The notes beneath the pieces were generated by a model, which did no database searches, was not told the origin of the DNA, and saw only the letters and a program-made list of their open reading frames with translations. Made by a program: the position numbers and the translations under genes. Below, piece by piece: positions 27,345-36,382 of a DNA stretch of 64,000 bases; position 1 is the stretch's first letter; every line of letters starts with the position of its first letter. The stretch is from the sequence record OP599913.1; one strand, given 5' to 3'.

Positions 27345-28292
27345 ATGGCACTTTCTGCTAACGAACTCCAGGATCAGAATCGATCTGAGGTTCCCGCTCA
27401 GACGACCACGAATACCTCCATGGGTAATCTGATCGCGAAATGTATCGTCACTGGTCAACCGATTACCATTCCCAAGTACACCACGCTCAATGAGCATTAT
27501 GGTATTCTGGCTGAAGAATCCCTGGGAAGTAAGAATTCCCGAGATTTCTACTTGAAGTATTTCGGGATTGGTGTAAGGGGATCCAACTGTGATGGTAAAG
27601 ACAGTCGGGGGGTCAGTCGATTGAAGGTGAACCAACACCAACCGATTGACATGAACCTGTTTACACCCGTTCCCTTTATTGCACGTCCTTTGGACGCCCC
27701 TTTGGACAACCTTAACCGCGAGAAGTTTCGTATGAGGACCGTGGAGGCTAGAAACGGTATTCCTTACGAGTTCTATTGGTTGAAGTTGGTTAATTTCGAT
27801 AACTATAATCCAACCGAAAACAAGATCACTCGTGATCCTGTAACCGGTCTGGAGGATGTTAAACCTTACATTCACCGTAAAGACGACCTGGATAACCCAC
27901 AACCGGTTGACTTTACCAGTGAGGGTAACATTCCTGTCAGCAATGAGTACATTAACAGTTCGGCCATTTTGGACTGTTCGTTGACTCAATCTGATTTGCG
28001 TGAGATTTCGCAAGCCTGCAAAATCTACTACGGGGATGCGGGATACGCATCCATTAACGAAGTGGGTGTTGCCTATGGGGTTGATACTCAATTCCGTGGG
28101 GAGATTGCTGGAGGCGCGACTATCCAGTATACCGAAGTCATGAGTGCGGTCTTTGCCCACTACATGACCGAACGTGATGGTCGCAATGCGCTCTCTAACA
28201 TCAAGATCCAGCTTGCGTTTGACCATGGTGCAAGCGCGCCCATGCTCTTGCATACCAACTCAACTCAACCCCCAACTGGACAAGGAAACTGA
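27345..28292 (+). CDS. Conserved virion structural protein (putative baseplate)
   Basis: 315 aa, 'LKYFGIGVRG', 'PVPFIARP', 'INEVGV'; position in structural operon. Confidence 0.6.
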   Translation: MALSANELQDQNRSEVPAQTTTNTSMGNLIAKCIVTGQPITIPKYTTLNEHYGILAEESLGSKNSRDFYLKYFGIGVRGSNCDGKDSRGVSRLKVNQHQPIDMNLFTPVPFIARPLDAPLDNLNREKFRMRTVEARNGIPYEFYWLKLVNFDNYNPTENKITRDPVTGLEDVKPYIHRKDDLDNPQPVDFTSEGNIPVSNEYINSSAILDCSLTQSDLREISQACKIYYGDAGYASINEVGVAYGVDTQFRGEIAGGATIQYTEVMSAVFAHYMTERDGRNALSNIKIQLAFDHGASAPMLLHTNSTQPPTGQGN

Positions 28293-28295
28293 CCC

Positions 28296-28928
28296 ATGGA
28301 AATCCCAGCTATACTAAAAGGAGAAGTTCACCTTCCACTGGTTGAGAATATGACGGCAGGTCAGGCAATTGAGATAGCCAATGCCTTCTATCAAACCACC
28401 CTGAAACCGGAAGACTTCAAGGAAGCCCAAGCCATCGTTGATGGTGATAAAGTCATTCTGGACCTGCTCGACCCTGTGACGGGTGAGGTTGTGGTGCATT
28501 TCGTCAACAAAGCGGGTGTTACACGTAAGCCGCTGGACGATACCACCCTGGTCAATCCCATGGCGGCGGTCGTGAATGCCGATGAGAACATCATCTGGGC
28601 GGGTCCACCGGAGTTTGTGGGGAGTGTCACGGAGCTGGATTGGCTGAGGTATATTACCGACGCGCCACCACCCATGACCCCTGATCCGATGGACTATGCC
28701 AAACGGATGGCCACCCTGCTGAATCAGTACAACATTGCGGGTGGTCGGTGGACCAATAACTGGAGTGAGGACCTCCCACGCTCTGTAACGGCATTCCACG
28801 TGGCATATCGTGGTGACGCCCAATGGGCTCCGTCCAAGTTCATGTTGAATGATCTTGTGTCTGAGTTCATCGTGGTGATTTACCTACCCTACGCCCACCC
28901 CGCCTGTTACGTGTGCTTTGCGTCCTAA
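28296..28928 (+). CDS. Hypothetical, probably virion, protein
   Basis: 210 aa, translationally coupled neighbours. Confidence 0.65.
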   Translation: MEIPAILKGEVHLPLVENMTAGQAIEIANAFYQTTLKPEDFKEAQAIVDGDKVILDLLDPVTGEVVVHFVNKAGVTRKPLDDTTLVNPMAAVVNADENIIWAGPPEFVGSVTELDWLRYITDAPPPMTPDPMDYAKRMATLLNQYNIAGGRWTNNWSEDLPRSVTAFHVAYRGDAQWAPSKFMLNDLVSEFIVVIYLPYAHPACYVCFAS

Positions 28929-29503
28929 AGCCCTCTGATAGTGTACGGGTCTTAGCCATAGATCCGTCCACTACCTGTATGGGGGTGAGTGTCTTCGACA
29001 TCAATATTGCTAAAGCTGAACCGTTTAAGTTGATTTACGCGAACACGATCTTTGGTAATAAGTTGTTGTTTGACATTCCAGCACAATTTGATGATCGCGC
29101 GGACACTGGTATTGCGGCAAGAAGTTACGGTATGGCGCGCAGTTTAAGTCAACTGTTAGCTATCTTCGAACCCGACAGTGGGATCTGTGAGGATAACTTC
29201 CTCGGTATGTCTCCGCTTACATTTAAGCAGTTGATTCAAGTGGTCTCCTTGTTACGTGAAACCTTCGTTACCCACGGTATTCATTTGTCGTATCTCCTCC
29301 CTCGTTTAGCTAAAGCCGTGGTGGGTGCAGATTTCAGTGGGAGTAAGAAGGAGGATGTTCATAAAGGGGTGATGGACTATCCGTGGTTAGACGCTGGTGA
29401 GATTGATTTGACGGTTCTGGATGAGCACTCCGCTGACAGTGTGGCCATTGGCCTTTATCGGTGTGAGCAGATCGCCCGGCATTACGGTGTCTCAGAGAGG
29501 TGA
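28913..29503 (+). CDS. ruvC: RuvC-like Holliday junction resolvase
   Basis: 'VLAIDPSTTCMGVSV', 'GICEDNF', 'KAVVG...SKKEDV', 'DEHSADSVAIG': RuvC D/E/D-D catalytic pattern. Confidence 0.85.
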   Translation: MLCVLKPSDSVRVLAIDPSTTCMGVSVFDINIAKAEPFKLIYANTIFGNKLLFDIPAQFDDRADTGIAARSYGMARSLSQLLAIFEPDSGICEDNFLGMSPLTFKQLIQVVSLLRETFVTHGIHLSYLLPRLAKAVVGADFSGSKKEDVHKGVMDYPWLDAGEIDLTVLDEHSADSVAIGLYRCEQIARHYGVSER

Positions 29504-29507
29504 ACGT

Positions 29508-29879
29508 ATGTCTGAAACAACTCAAGACGATGACCCAGAGCTACCCGCCAATTCTCCTCCTGTTGAAGGAGGAGTGGAACGGGAGATCTTTGGTAAATGG
29601 AAAGTATTGTTGATTAACCTCGGTGGTATCCTTTCCGTGTTGGTGGTGTGTTTAACGGCACTGATTAACTCGTTTACTATTTACCTGTCAGTAACCACCA
29701 ATGGTAAATGGCCCAGTGAGATGAGTATGTTCATCATGATGGTGGGGCCGGTGATCTGTGCATGGGGGTGGATGAACGTTAACGGTACCTTAAAGACTAT
29801 TATGTCTCAATCGGGGTTTAGTAACAAAATGAGAACCAAGGTGGCTGAGATCATTGCGCCTAAGCCCAAGACAGAATAA
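29508..29879 (+). CDS. Holin-like two-TM membrane protein
   Basis: ATG 29508 (AGAGAGG); acidic N-terminus, two hydrophobic helices, basic C-terminus; adjacent to spanins. Confidence 0.5.
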   Translation: MSETTQDDDPELPANSPPVEGGVEREIFGKWKVLLINLGGILSVLVVCLTALINSFTIYLSVTTNGKWPSEMSMFIMMVGPVICAWGWMNVNGTLKTIMSQSGFSNKMRTKVAEIIAPKPKTE

Positions 29880-29889
29880 ACCCAATAGG

Positions 29890-29927
29890 AATCCTACCTG
29901 TAGCCTTTGCGGGCTACAGGTAGGATT
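29890..29927. terminator. Bidirectional terminator
   Basis: AATCCTACCTGTAGCC / GGCTACAGGTAGGATT. Confidence 0.75.
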
Positions 29928-29940
29928 TATCACGCGTCTG

Positions 29941-30390
29941 TCATTCAGGTAGAGCTAAACTCTCAATTAACACATTGATGTTATCAATCAACTGTGAAAT
30001 GGTACGCTGGCTGGCGTATAACTTCATGTTGCTGTCATCCAACGCCCGGGTCGTATTGATCAGCAGTACCCGGGTAACTCGATAACAGAGCTCTCGTGCC
30101 TCCCGAGAGGGTTTCTCCAAGCAGTCATACTCCAGCAGAAAGGTCGTTAAACTACTTAACTGACTAGGAGGCATCTCCGCGGGTGGGTTCTTGAGTTGAG
30201 GGAGCACTTGGGTCAGCCTTTCCTGAGCTGCCAGGACTTGCTTCCGGTACGTGTTGATCCTTACTTGCTCCGCTTGAACCTGGAGGATTGAGTTGGTCTC
30301 GGACAGTTTGGGGTTGTTGCTGCATCCCACTAGGATCAGGGATACTAGACAGATTAACATCCACCCCATACTTTTCAAGTAGTTTTGCAT
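29941..30390 (-). CDS. Outer-membrane spanin (o-spanin, Rz1-like lipoprotein)
   Basis: Hydrophobic signal ending in lipobox 'ILVG-C-SNN'; starts inside the i-spanin gene in another frame. Confidence 0.7.
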   Translation of the reverse strand: MQNYLKSMGWMLICLVSLILVGCSNNPKLSETNSILQVQAEQVRINTYRKQVLAAQERLTQVLPQLKNPPAEMPPSQLSSLTTFLLEYDCLEKPSREARELCYRVTRVLLINTTRALDDSNMKLYASQRTISQLIDNINVLIESLALPE

Positions 30391-30625
30391 AGCCTGAGTT
30401 GTCCTCTTCAGTTCGCTGTTCCAACTGACGGGCGAGGGTTTGAGTCAAGGCGGCTGTGGCATTGGAATTGTTTTCCATGTTGTCAGCCACCCGTTGCAAC
30501 TGGTTGGTAACGCGCTGAATCCCATTAACCGCTTCTACACTGATAGTGGGGTTACGTGGCACAATAGCCTGCCACGCGACAACCGCCAGAATCAATATTA
30601 GAACCACGTCTCTAATCCATGTCAT
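30164..30625 (-). CDS. Inner-membrane spanin (i-spanin, Rz-like)
   Basis: ATG 30625 (GGAGG RBS); N-terminal TM 'VVLILILAVVAW' then coiled coil. Confidence 0.7.
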   Translation of the reverse strand: MTWIRDVVLILILAVVAWQAIVPRNPTISVEAVNGIQRVTNQLQRVADNMENNSNATAALTQTLARQLEQRTEEDNSGYAKLLEKYGVDVNLSSIPDPSGMQQQPQTVRDQLNPPGSSGASKDQHVPEASPGSSGKADPSAPSTQEPTRGDAS

Positions 30626-30661
30626 AATGGATCCTCCTAACGGTATTGGGTTCATAACAGA

Positions 30662-31903
30662 TCAATCCTCTTGAATAACACTTCGAATGTAAAGGTGGTA
30701 ACCGTTGTACAACGAACTGGGTTCGAAGCGATTGGTATACCCGTGATAAAGGTTTCCACCGTTGGTAATACCGGTGGTCTTGTTGAGGAATTTACGTTGA
30801 ATGCCTAGGTCGATGTCTAAAAGTCTCCTGTTGATGATTTTGCGAGTGAAGTACTTGGGAATAAGGCCATTACTGACCATTAAGGGAATAGAACGGGTTT
30901 CATGGGTGTGGTAAGTGAAAGGGTACTGGTACGTGGTAATAGGCTCTACCGACACATACAGGTTGGGATTATCCAGTACGATCAGGAAGGTGCTGGGATC
31001 GGTTAACAGAGTCTTCCAGAAGCTCTCTGTACTGAAGAACCGTTTATCCACGACTTCACGTTCTGGATCAATGATTCGACTGAGGTCGATCATCGATTTC
31101 GAAATAAAGAGGGCGGAAAACCAATCCACCTTCTCCGTACGCAGCGTTAAGGTGCGGTCACTCATTACCTGTACCACGTCATTCAGGTACAACCGACCTC
31201 CAATACTCATCCAGACCGTTTTATTCCTTAGACTGACAGGAGACCGTACGTGTAGGAAGTTGTAACTGTCGTGATCCTCAAAGTCGATATCCGTCTCTTG
31301 GAAGGTATAGGTCTTGAGTTTAGAGAGGGTATTGAAGTTGAGGTAGTTCACATGAATGTTATCATTCACATTGAAGTGCTTTCCACCGTTCAACAGGTAC
31401 ACCGCCTGGTCATCCGCCACAGCTCGTACCAAATGCCCTCCATTGATCGTCCACAACCCCCGTTCAACCAAGGCGTTATAATCCACCGCCGTTCGATCGG
31501 TCTTGATGACCCGAATATCCGGCGCGCTTGCGACGTCCAGGTGCTCCTGGCGATCATTGGCGATCTTAGCGTCACCAGGATACAGGGTAAACCATTTGTA
31601 TTGGATGTCTTGAGCCGTTACGTATCGGTACTCACTGCCGGGGAGGGTATTGCTGGTCTTAAGGGGGACATTGATCTGGGTGTCTAACCACTGTTGGATC
31701 ACCCCATCGAACAACAGGAACTGGTTATGATAGTCCGCCAGGTCAATGACCACATCCCGGCCATACAACCCATCTTTCACCACAATCTTTAATTCACAAA
31801 ACGTAGCCACCAGTTCTTTGGTGGTCATCTCACTGATATCCACCAATTCCTCTCCTCGGGGGAAGATTTGGTTGATCCCAACCGCCCTTTTATAGATGTA
31901 CAT
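30662..31903 (-). CDS. Virion structural protein (phiKZ gp130-like by synteny)
   Basis: 413 aa, divergent from the fibre gene cluster. Confidence 0.55.
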   Translation of the reverse strand: MYIYKRAVGINQIFPRGEELVDISEMTTKELVATFCELKIVVKDGLYGRDVVIDLADYHNQFLLFDGVIQQWLDTQINVPLKTSNTLPGSEYRYVTAQDIQYKWFTLYPGDAKIANDRQEHLDVASAPDIRVIKTDRTAVDYNALVERGLWTINGGHLVRAVADDQAVYLLNGGKHFNVNDNIHVNYLNFNTLSKLKTYTFQETDIDFEDHDSYNFLHVRSPVSLRNKTVWMSIGGRLYLNDVVQVMSDRTLTLRTEKVDWFSALFISKSMIDLSRIIDPEREVVDKRFFSTESFWKTLLTDPSTFLIVLDNPNLYVSVEPITTYQYPFTYHTHETRSIPLMVSNGLIPKYFTRKIINRRLLDIDLGIQRKFLNKTTGITNGGNLYHGYTNRFEPSSLYNGYHLYIRSVIQED

Positions 31904-32018
31904 AGGGGTTCAACTCCTTAACGATTCTATGAAATCTACCCTACAGGCCCTATGGGTACTATACTCTCTAGGGGATTAATCATAAAATGCCTTATTCATT
32001 GACTTTGGAGAAATTCTA

Positions 32019-32762
32019 ATGGCAAACATCGTCTATGGTTGGAACCCCTTCCAGGAACGCGTCGATTGCAGAGTAACGAACGAAATCATTAAAACCTCTG
32101 GTAATCTCAACCGCGTCGAGTTCGTTCCCCGTGCTGCTCCTTTCTTTGCTCACAACTTCAAACTGTACCGTCAAGGGAGTAACCAACCACTCCTTCCGGG
32201 ACAAGACTTCATCTTTGGTCATCCTTTCCAACGGTTTATTAAGACCTATCAGAAGAACGTGTACAGTTCCGTGATTCTGCTGAAACCGGTTGAAGTGGTC
32301 CTGATGGGGGAATATGACACCATTGGTGGACCGTTCGTGTTGGATGATGTGGCGTACGCTACCTTGGTAGCCAACATCATTAACAGCCCCCGGGAAGCCC
32401 TCTGGGAGAACCTGGTCAATGTCCCGACCGAGTTCCCCTCGGATCCCCATGAACAGCCGGCTGCCCAGGTCTATGATTTTGCTCAGATGATGGATTACCT
32501 GCGTGACCTGATCTTGGCGGTTACCCAAACCACCTCCGATTCCCCAACGACCTTGAAGACCCTGTTGGAACAACACCTAGCGGCTGACTTGGCGCAAGCC
32601 CACAGAGCGGATAAGGGAATGCTGGGTCTCGACAATGTAGAGAACTTGGGCAAAGCCACGGTCAATGATATCACGGGCAATTCGGACAACCTCGTCGTCA
32701 CTGTAGCCGTTATGAAGGAAGCCCTCCGTCGACTGGCTGCGGGTACGTTGAACCTTAATTAA
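32019..32762 (+). CDS. Virion protein carrying only the N-terminal module of the fibre family
   Basis: 'VPRAAPFF', 'WENLVNVPTEFP', 'LGLDNVEN' shared with the next genes. Confidence 0.75.
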   Translation: MANIVYGWNPFQERVDCRVTNEIIKTSGNLNRVEFVPRAAPFFAHNFKLYRQGSNQPLLPGQDFIFGHPFQRFIKTYQKNVYSSVILLKPVEVVLMGEYDTIGGPFVLDDVAYATLVANIINSPREALWENLVNVPTEFPSDPHEQPAAQVYDFAQMMDYLRDLILAVTQTTSDSPTTLKTLLEQHLAADLAQAHRADKGMLGLDNVENLGKATVNDITGNSDNLVVTVAVMKEALRRLAAGTLNLN

Positions 32763-32772
32763 GGAGCCGGTT

Positions 32773-35700
32773 ATGCATTTTCCAATCGTCCGGGAATACA
32801 AAACCGATATTGTTCACAATAACCTGGAGAACCAAATTCGAGGTGAACCGTTTAAAGTCGATCCAGGAATCTGGTCCCGGATTATTGTACCTATCCACAG
32901 TCCGTTCTTTGTCGACAGCCTGAAGGTGACGTTCCCGAACGGTCAACCCATGGACGAGTCCCAGTACCGTATTTATCGCTTGATGCCTCGGTTGACGGAA
33001 CTCACCGCTCAGAAAGTTGCGTGTATGATCGAACTGCTGGACCCTACGATTACCGAAGGGAAGTTGGATTACGATGTGGTAGGGGAATTCAGCCTGTTTG
33101 ATACCGCCCTGCTCCACATGGTGATTGCTGCCTCTGAAGATGACCGTCCGGTCTGGTGGGAGAACATCAAGAACAAACCCGTGGTCTTCCCACCGGAGTG
33201 GCATACTCACAGCCTACTCTACGACATCATGGCCTTTGGTGACTTTGTTGAAGTCTTGGGGATGATCTCTGACGCGGTTGAAACGCATGGGAAACCGTAC
33301 CTTCAGATTAAGATTGACCATGCGTTTGAACTGTTCAATCATTACCTGGGGATTTACAAGAAGTCACTGGCTGATTTCTTGGCTCGTCATAAAGCGAGTT
33401 ATAACAGCCACGGACTGACGGCCTTGCAAGTGGGATTGGAGAAAGTAGACAACTTCCCCACCGCTACCGCTTCCGGTGCCTTGGAAGGTAGACTTGACCG
33501 TCACCTCACGGTATCGGGACTTCAAGCCATTATTGACCACTATGGCTTTAATCCCAAGGACTTCATTGAGAACGGTAAACTTCCCATTGCTCAATTCGGT
33601 AACACGAACTTCATTCCCCCGTCTATTGATGGATCCTTTGAAGGCTTGGGGGGTAAGAGTGAATGTGCAGCCATTACCATGGAAGCGGATGGCAGCATCG
33701 TCTTTCTGGCTAACCGAATGGATGGGCGTGTTGACGGACTGTATTACTCGGTTCTGGAAGACCCCTATACCAACCCCCGGTTAGTCTATACCAGTTACCG
33801 CTATTCCCACCCTCTGCTCTTAGCGGATAATGCGGAATGTGATCGGATTGTCCAAGGAAGTGGACGTGAAGTCATTATGCTGGGGGATATTCGCAAGAAC
33901 TTGTTTTACATTGGACTGACCAATGGTACCCTGGATCCCACTAAACACATTCTCACTCCCATTAACCTGGATGCGCTAAAGGCTCCCTGGAATGGCAATC
34001 CGAACTTCTCCTGGAATACTTGGTTCAGAAGTTTGAGCGTGGCGTATCTGGGGAACTGGATCTACATCTTCCACGCCCACAGCGTGGAGAATGGAGAACA
34101 AGCTGATGGTGTAACGGATTACCGGTATCGGTACCTGTACCGGGTTAGAACCAGTGATGTCAACGCCCAGATCCCGGTAACCGCTACGTTGGTGCGCCCC
34201 ACCTTTAAAGACGGTGACGGTGTTCAATGGAATAACGCACCGTTCTTCCGGTGGTGTACCCCTCAGGGGTATCGGCGGGTGAATAACAATGATACCTGGG
34301 AACGGTATTACTTTACCTTTAAACAAAGCAGTAACCTCGCCTTTACGGGGATTTACCGTTCTCAGCCAACGGTGGCGTGCCCTATTCCGAACAAGCCGGG
34401 TAAATACTTGGTACGCTTTATGGCGGCCTGGTGGGGGCGGTACGTGGTTCCTGGAGTAATAGGTACCTGGGACCTCCCGCTAGAGATGGTGTATGAGATG
34501 GACCCTGAAACCGGTGTGATGACCCTCCTCCATCAAACACCTCGAAGGGAAATCGATTTCCTGAACATTCCGTCCTCTGGCGACCCAAAAAACCGCCGCC
34601 TTAACCAATTGGTGTTCAACGATTCGGAACAAGGCATGGAAGTACTGGATGATGGTACGATTGTGGCGTCTTATGGTGCCTATCAGTCGTTCCCTCGGTC
34701 AGCCTTCTACGTAATACCCAGGTCGTTCAAGTCCCGGTATGATGTCATGAACCGGACGTGGATGACAGACTTAGGGGATATTGAAAACCAGCAGCTCATC
34801 GCGGAGAAAATTACCAGCCCGATTGCTTCCTCGATCAAACCGCGTTCCTTCTTGTTGGGTAATGGGGGGGACGTGTATACCGCGGGGACCAATACCCTAC
34901 CGAGTGTTATCACCAACCAACTGTGGTACCGGCAGTCCCCTGGGAAGTTAGCGGAGCGTCCTGAGGTCTCTAACCTCTTCTTCAACAAGGTTGTTTCTCG
35001 TCCTCTGAGTAACGCGGTCTTCCGGGTGGAGGGACCTCCTCAGGTGGGTGGAGCCTATGTGACGGTCCCTTCTAACCTGTTGGATCAGTACAACACGGAC
35101 TTGGGGGAATTCACCTTCTGTATGGGAACGCAGAAAGCGAACCTCGACCTGTCGAAAGCAGAAGGGGAATGGCCCGCTGGTAATCTTCCTCAAGACATCA
35201 AGGTTATGTCAGGACATACCCAGCAGATCAATCCGGATGGTTCGATGACCATGGTACCTACGGGGACTATTCTCTACCCATCGTCCATTACGGCTCGGTT
35301 TGTAAACCATGTCGCCAATCCGACTGCCTGTAGAAACTCCCCCAAGATGTTTATCGGGCTGTGTGATCCCACTGGTTTCCTGACCGATAAGTTCGGTTGG
35401 TTACCGGTGATAATGATCATCAACTACGGAGAACCTGGCACCACGTCGCGTCACTGGACAATCTTGGTCATCGACCCGGTCTATACCGGACCCGTCAATG
35501 CCCGAGTGGTCAGTGATTATACCGTGCTGGATGTGGTACACAATGTCCATCTACAGGGCGCTACTGGGTTGACACCTGCGAGTTGGGATGCTTTCCTGGG
35601 TGGGGGGGCTAACACATCGGGTGGGGGTGCGATGAGGGTAGGGTATTACCTCAAGAGCGCGACCGAGTTGGAAGGCTTTATTGACAGTGGGGTCGTTGCA

Positions 35701-36327
35701 GCAGGTCCAGGAGACTCACTCACCTCGTTTGGGACATTCCGGTATACGAACCGTAGTACGAAACGGTGGACTGAATGTATACCTAGTATTACCGGTCAAA
35801 GTGGGGGTGCTAACCACAAGACCGTTACACCGGATAACGGGGTAGCTAACCAAATGGCGTACAACGTTTCCACTGGGGGAGCCGCTACGATCTTTGAAGG
35901 GTCGGTGAATAACCCCTTGCTGGGATCGGTTTACCCCGCTACCGGTTGGTACTTGTTCTTCCAATCGGAACTCAGGGTGGTCTTCAACGGACAGAACTAC
36001 ACGTTGAAGTCCATCTCCGTGGATTTGTCGGCAATAGTCCCTAATCCCGCTAATAAGACGTTCTATTTGTACGCAGTTCTTAAGAACGGGAATGCGAGCT
36101 ACGAAGTGACTTTGGAGAAACGAGCTGAGACACCGTTTATTGTGTGGGTCGGACGAGCGGTTACGAATGACCGTCAGATCCTCACCATTGAACGGTTTAA
36201 TGTCTTTACGATTAACGGGAACCGGATCTCCGAGACGAAACGGGGGAACTGCATCCCGGCGTCGTCAGGCTTGGTGAATGCCGAAGGTCAACTCCCGTGG
36301 TTACGTTCTTCTGAAATGCTTCCGTAA
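32773..36327 (+). CDS. Tail/baseplate fibre protein (phiKZ gp131-135 family)
   Basis: 1184 aa; 'QVGLEKVDNF', 'DGSFEGLGG', C-terminal 'NKTFYLYA...RGNCIPASSG'. Confidence 0.75.
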   Translation: MHFPIVREYKTDIVHNNLENQIRGEPFKVDPGIWSRIIVPIHSPFFVDSLKVTFPNGQPMDESQYRIYRLMPRLTELTAQKVACMIELLDPTITEGKLDYDVVGEFSLFDTALLHMVIAASEDDRPVWWENIKNKPVVFPPEWHTHSLLYDIMAFGDFVEVLGMISDAVETHGKPYLQIKIDHAFELFNHYLGIYKKSLADFLARHKASYNSHGLTALQVGLEKVDNFPTATASGALEGRLDRHLTVSGLQAIIDHYGFNPKDFIENGKLPIAQFGNTNFIPPSIDGSFEGLGGKSECAAITMEADGSIVFLANRMDGRVDGLYYSVLEDPYTNPRLVYTSYRYSHPLLLADNAECDRIVQGSGREVIMLGDIRKNLFYIGLTNGTLDPTKHILTPINLDALKAPWNGNPNFSWNTWFRSLSVAYLGNWIYIFHAHSVENGEQADGVTDYRYRYLYRVRTSDVNAQIPVTATLVRPTFKDGDGVQWNNAPFFRWCTPQGYRRVNNNDTWERYYFTFKQSSNLAFTGIYRSQPTVACPIPNKPGKYLVRFMAAWWGRYVVPGVIGTWDLPLEMVYEMDPETGVMTLLHQTPRREIDFLNIPSSGDPKNRRLNQLVFNDSEQGMEVLDDGTIVASYGAYQSFPRSAFYVIPRSFKSRYDVMNRTWMTDLGDIENQQLIAEKITSPIASSIKPRSFLLGNGGDVYTAGTNTLPSVITNQLWYRQSPGKLAERPEVSNLFFNKVVSRPLSNAVFRVEGPPQVGGAYVTVPSNLLDQYNTDLGEFTFCMGTQKANLDLSKAEGEWPAGNLPQDIKVMSGHTQQINPDGSMTMVPTGTILYPSSITARFVNHVANPTACRNSPKMFIGLCDPTGFLTDKFGWLPVIMIINYGEPGTTSRHWTILVIDPVYTGPVNARVVSDYTVLDVVHNVHLQGATGLTPASWDAFLGGGANTSGGGAMRVGYYLKSATELEGFIDSGVVAAGPGDSLTSFGTFRYTNRSTKRWTECIPSITGQSGGANHKTVTPDNGVANQMAYNVSTGGAATIFEGSVNNPLLGSVYPATGWYLFFQSELRVVFNGQNYTLKSISVDLSAIVPNPANKTFYLYAVLKNGNASYEVTLEKRAETPFIVWVGRAVTNDRQILTIERFNVFTINGNRISETKRGNCIPASSGLVNAEGQLPWLRSSEMLP

Positions 36328-36331
36328 ACCC

Positions 36332-36364
36332 AAGGAGGGAGAGGGTTAACCCCCCTCCCTCCTT
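36332..36364 (+). terminator. Hairpin between fibre genes
   Basis: AAGGAGGGAGAGGG / CCCCCCTCCCTCCTT then CTTTT. Confidence 0.6.
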
Positions 36365-36382
36365 CTTTTCAAGGTTTAGTCC

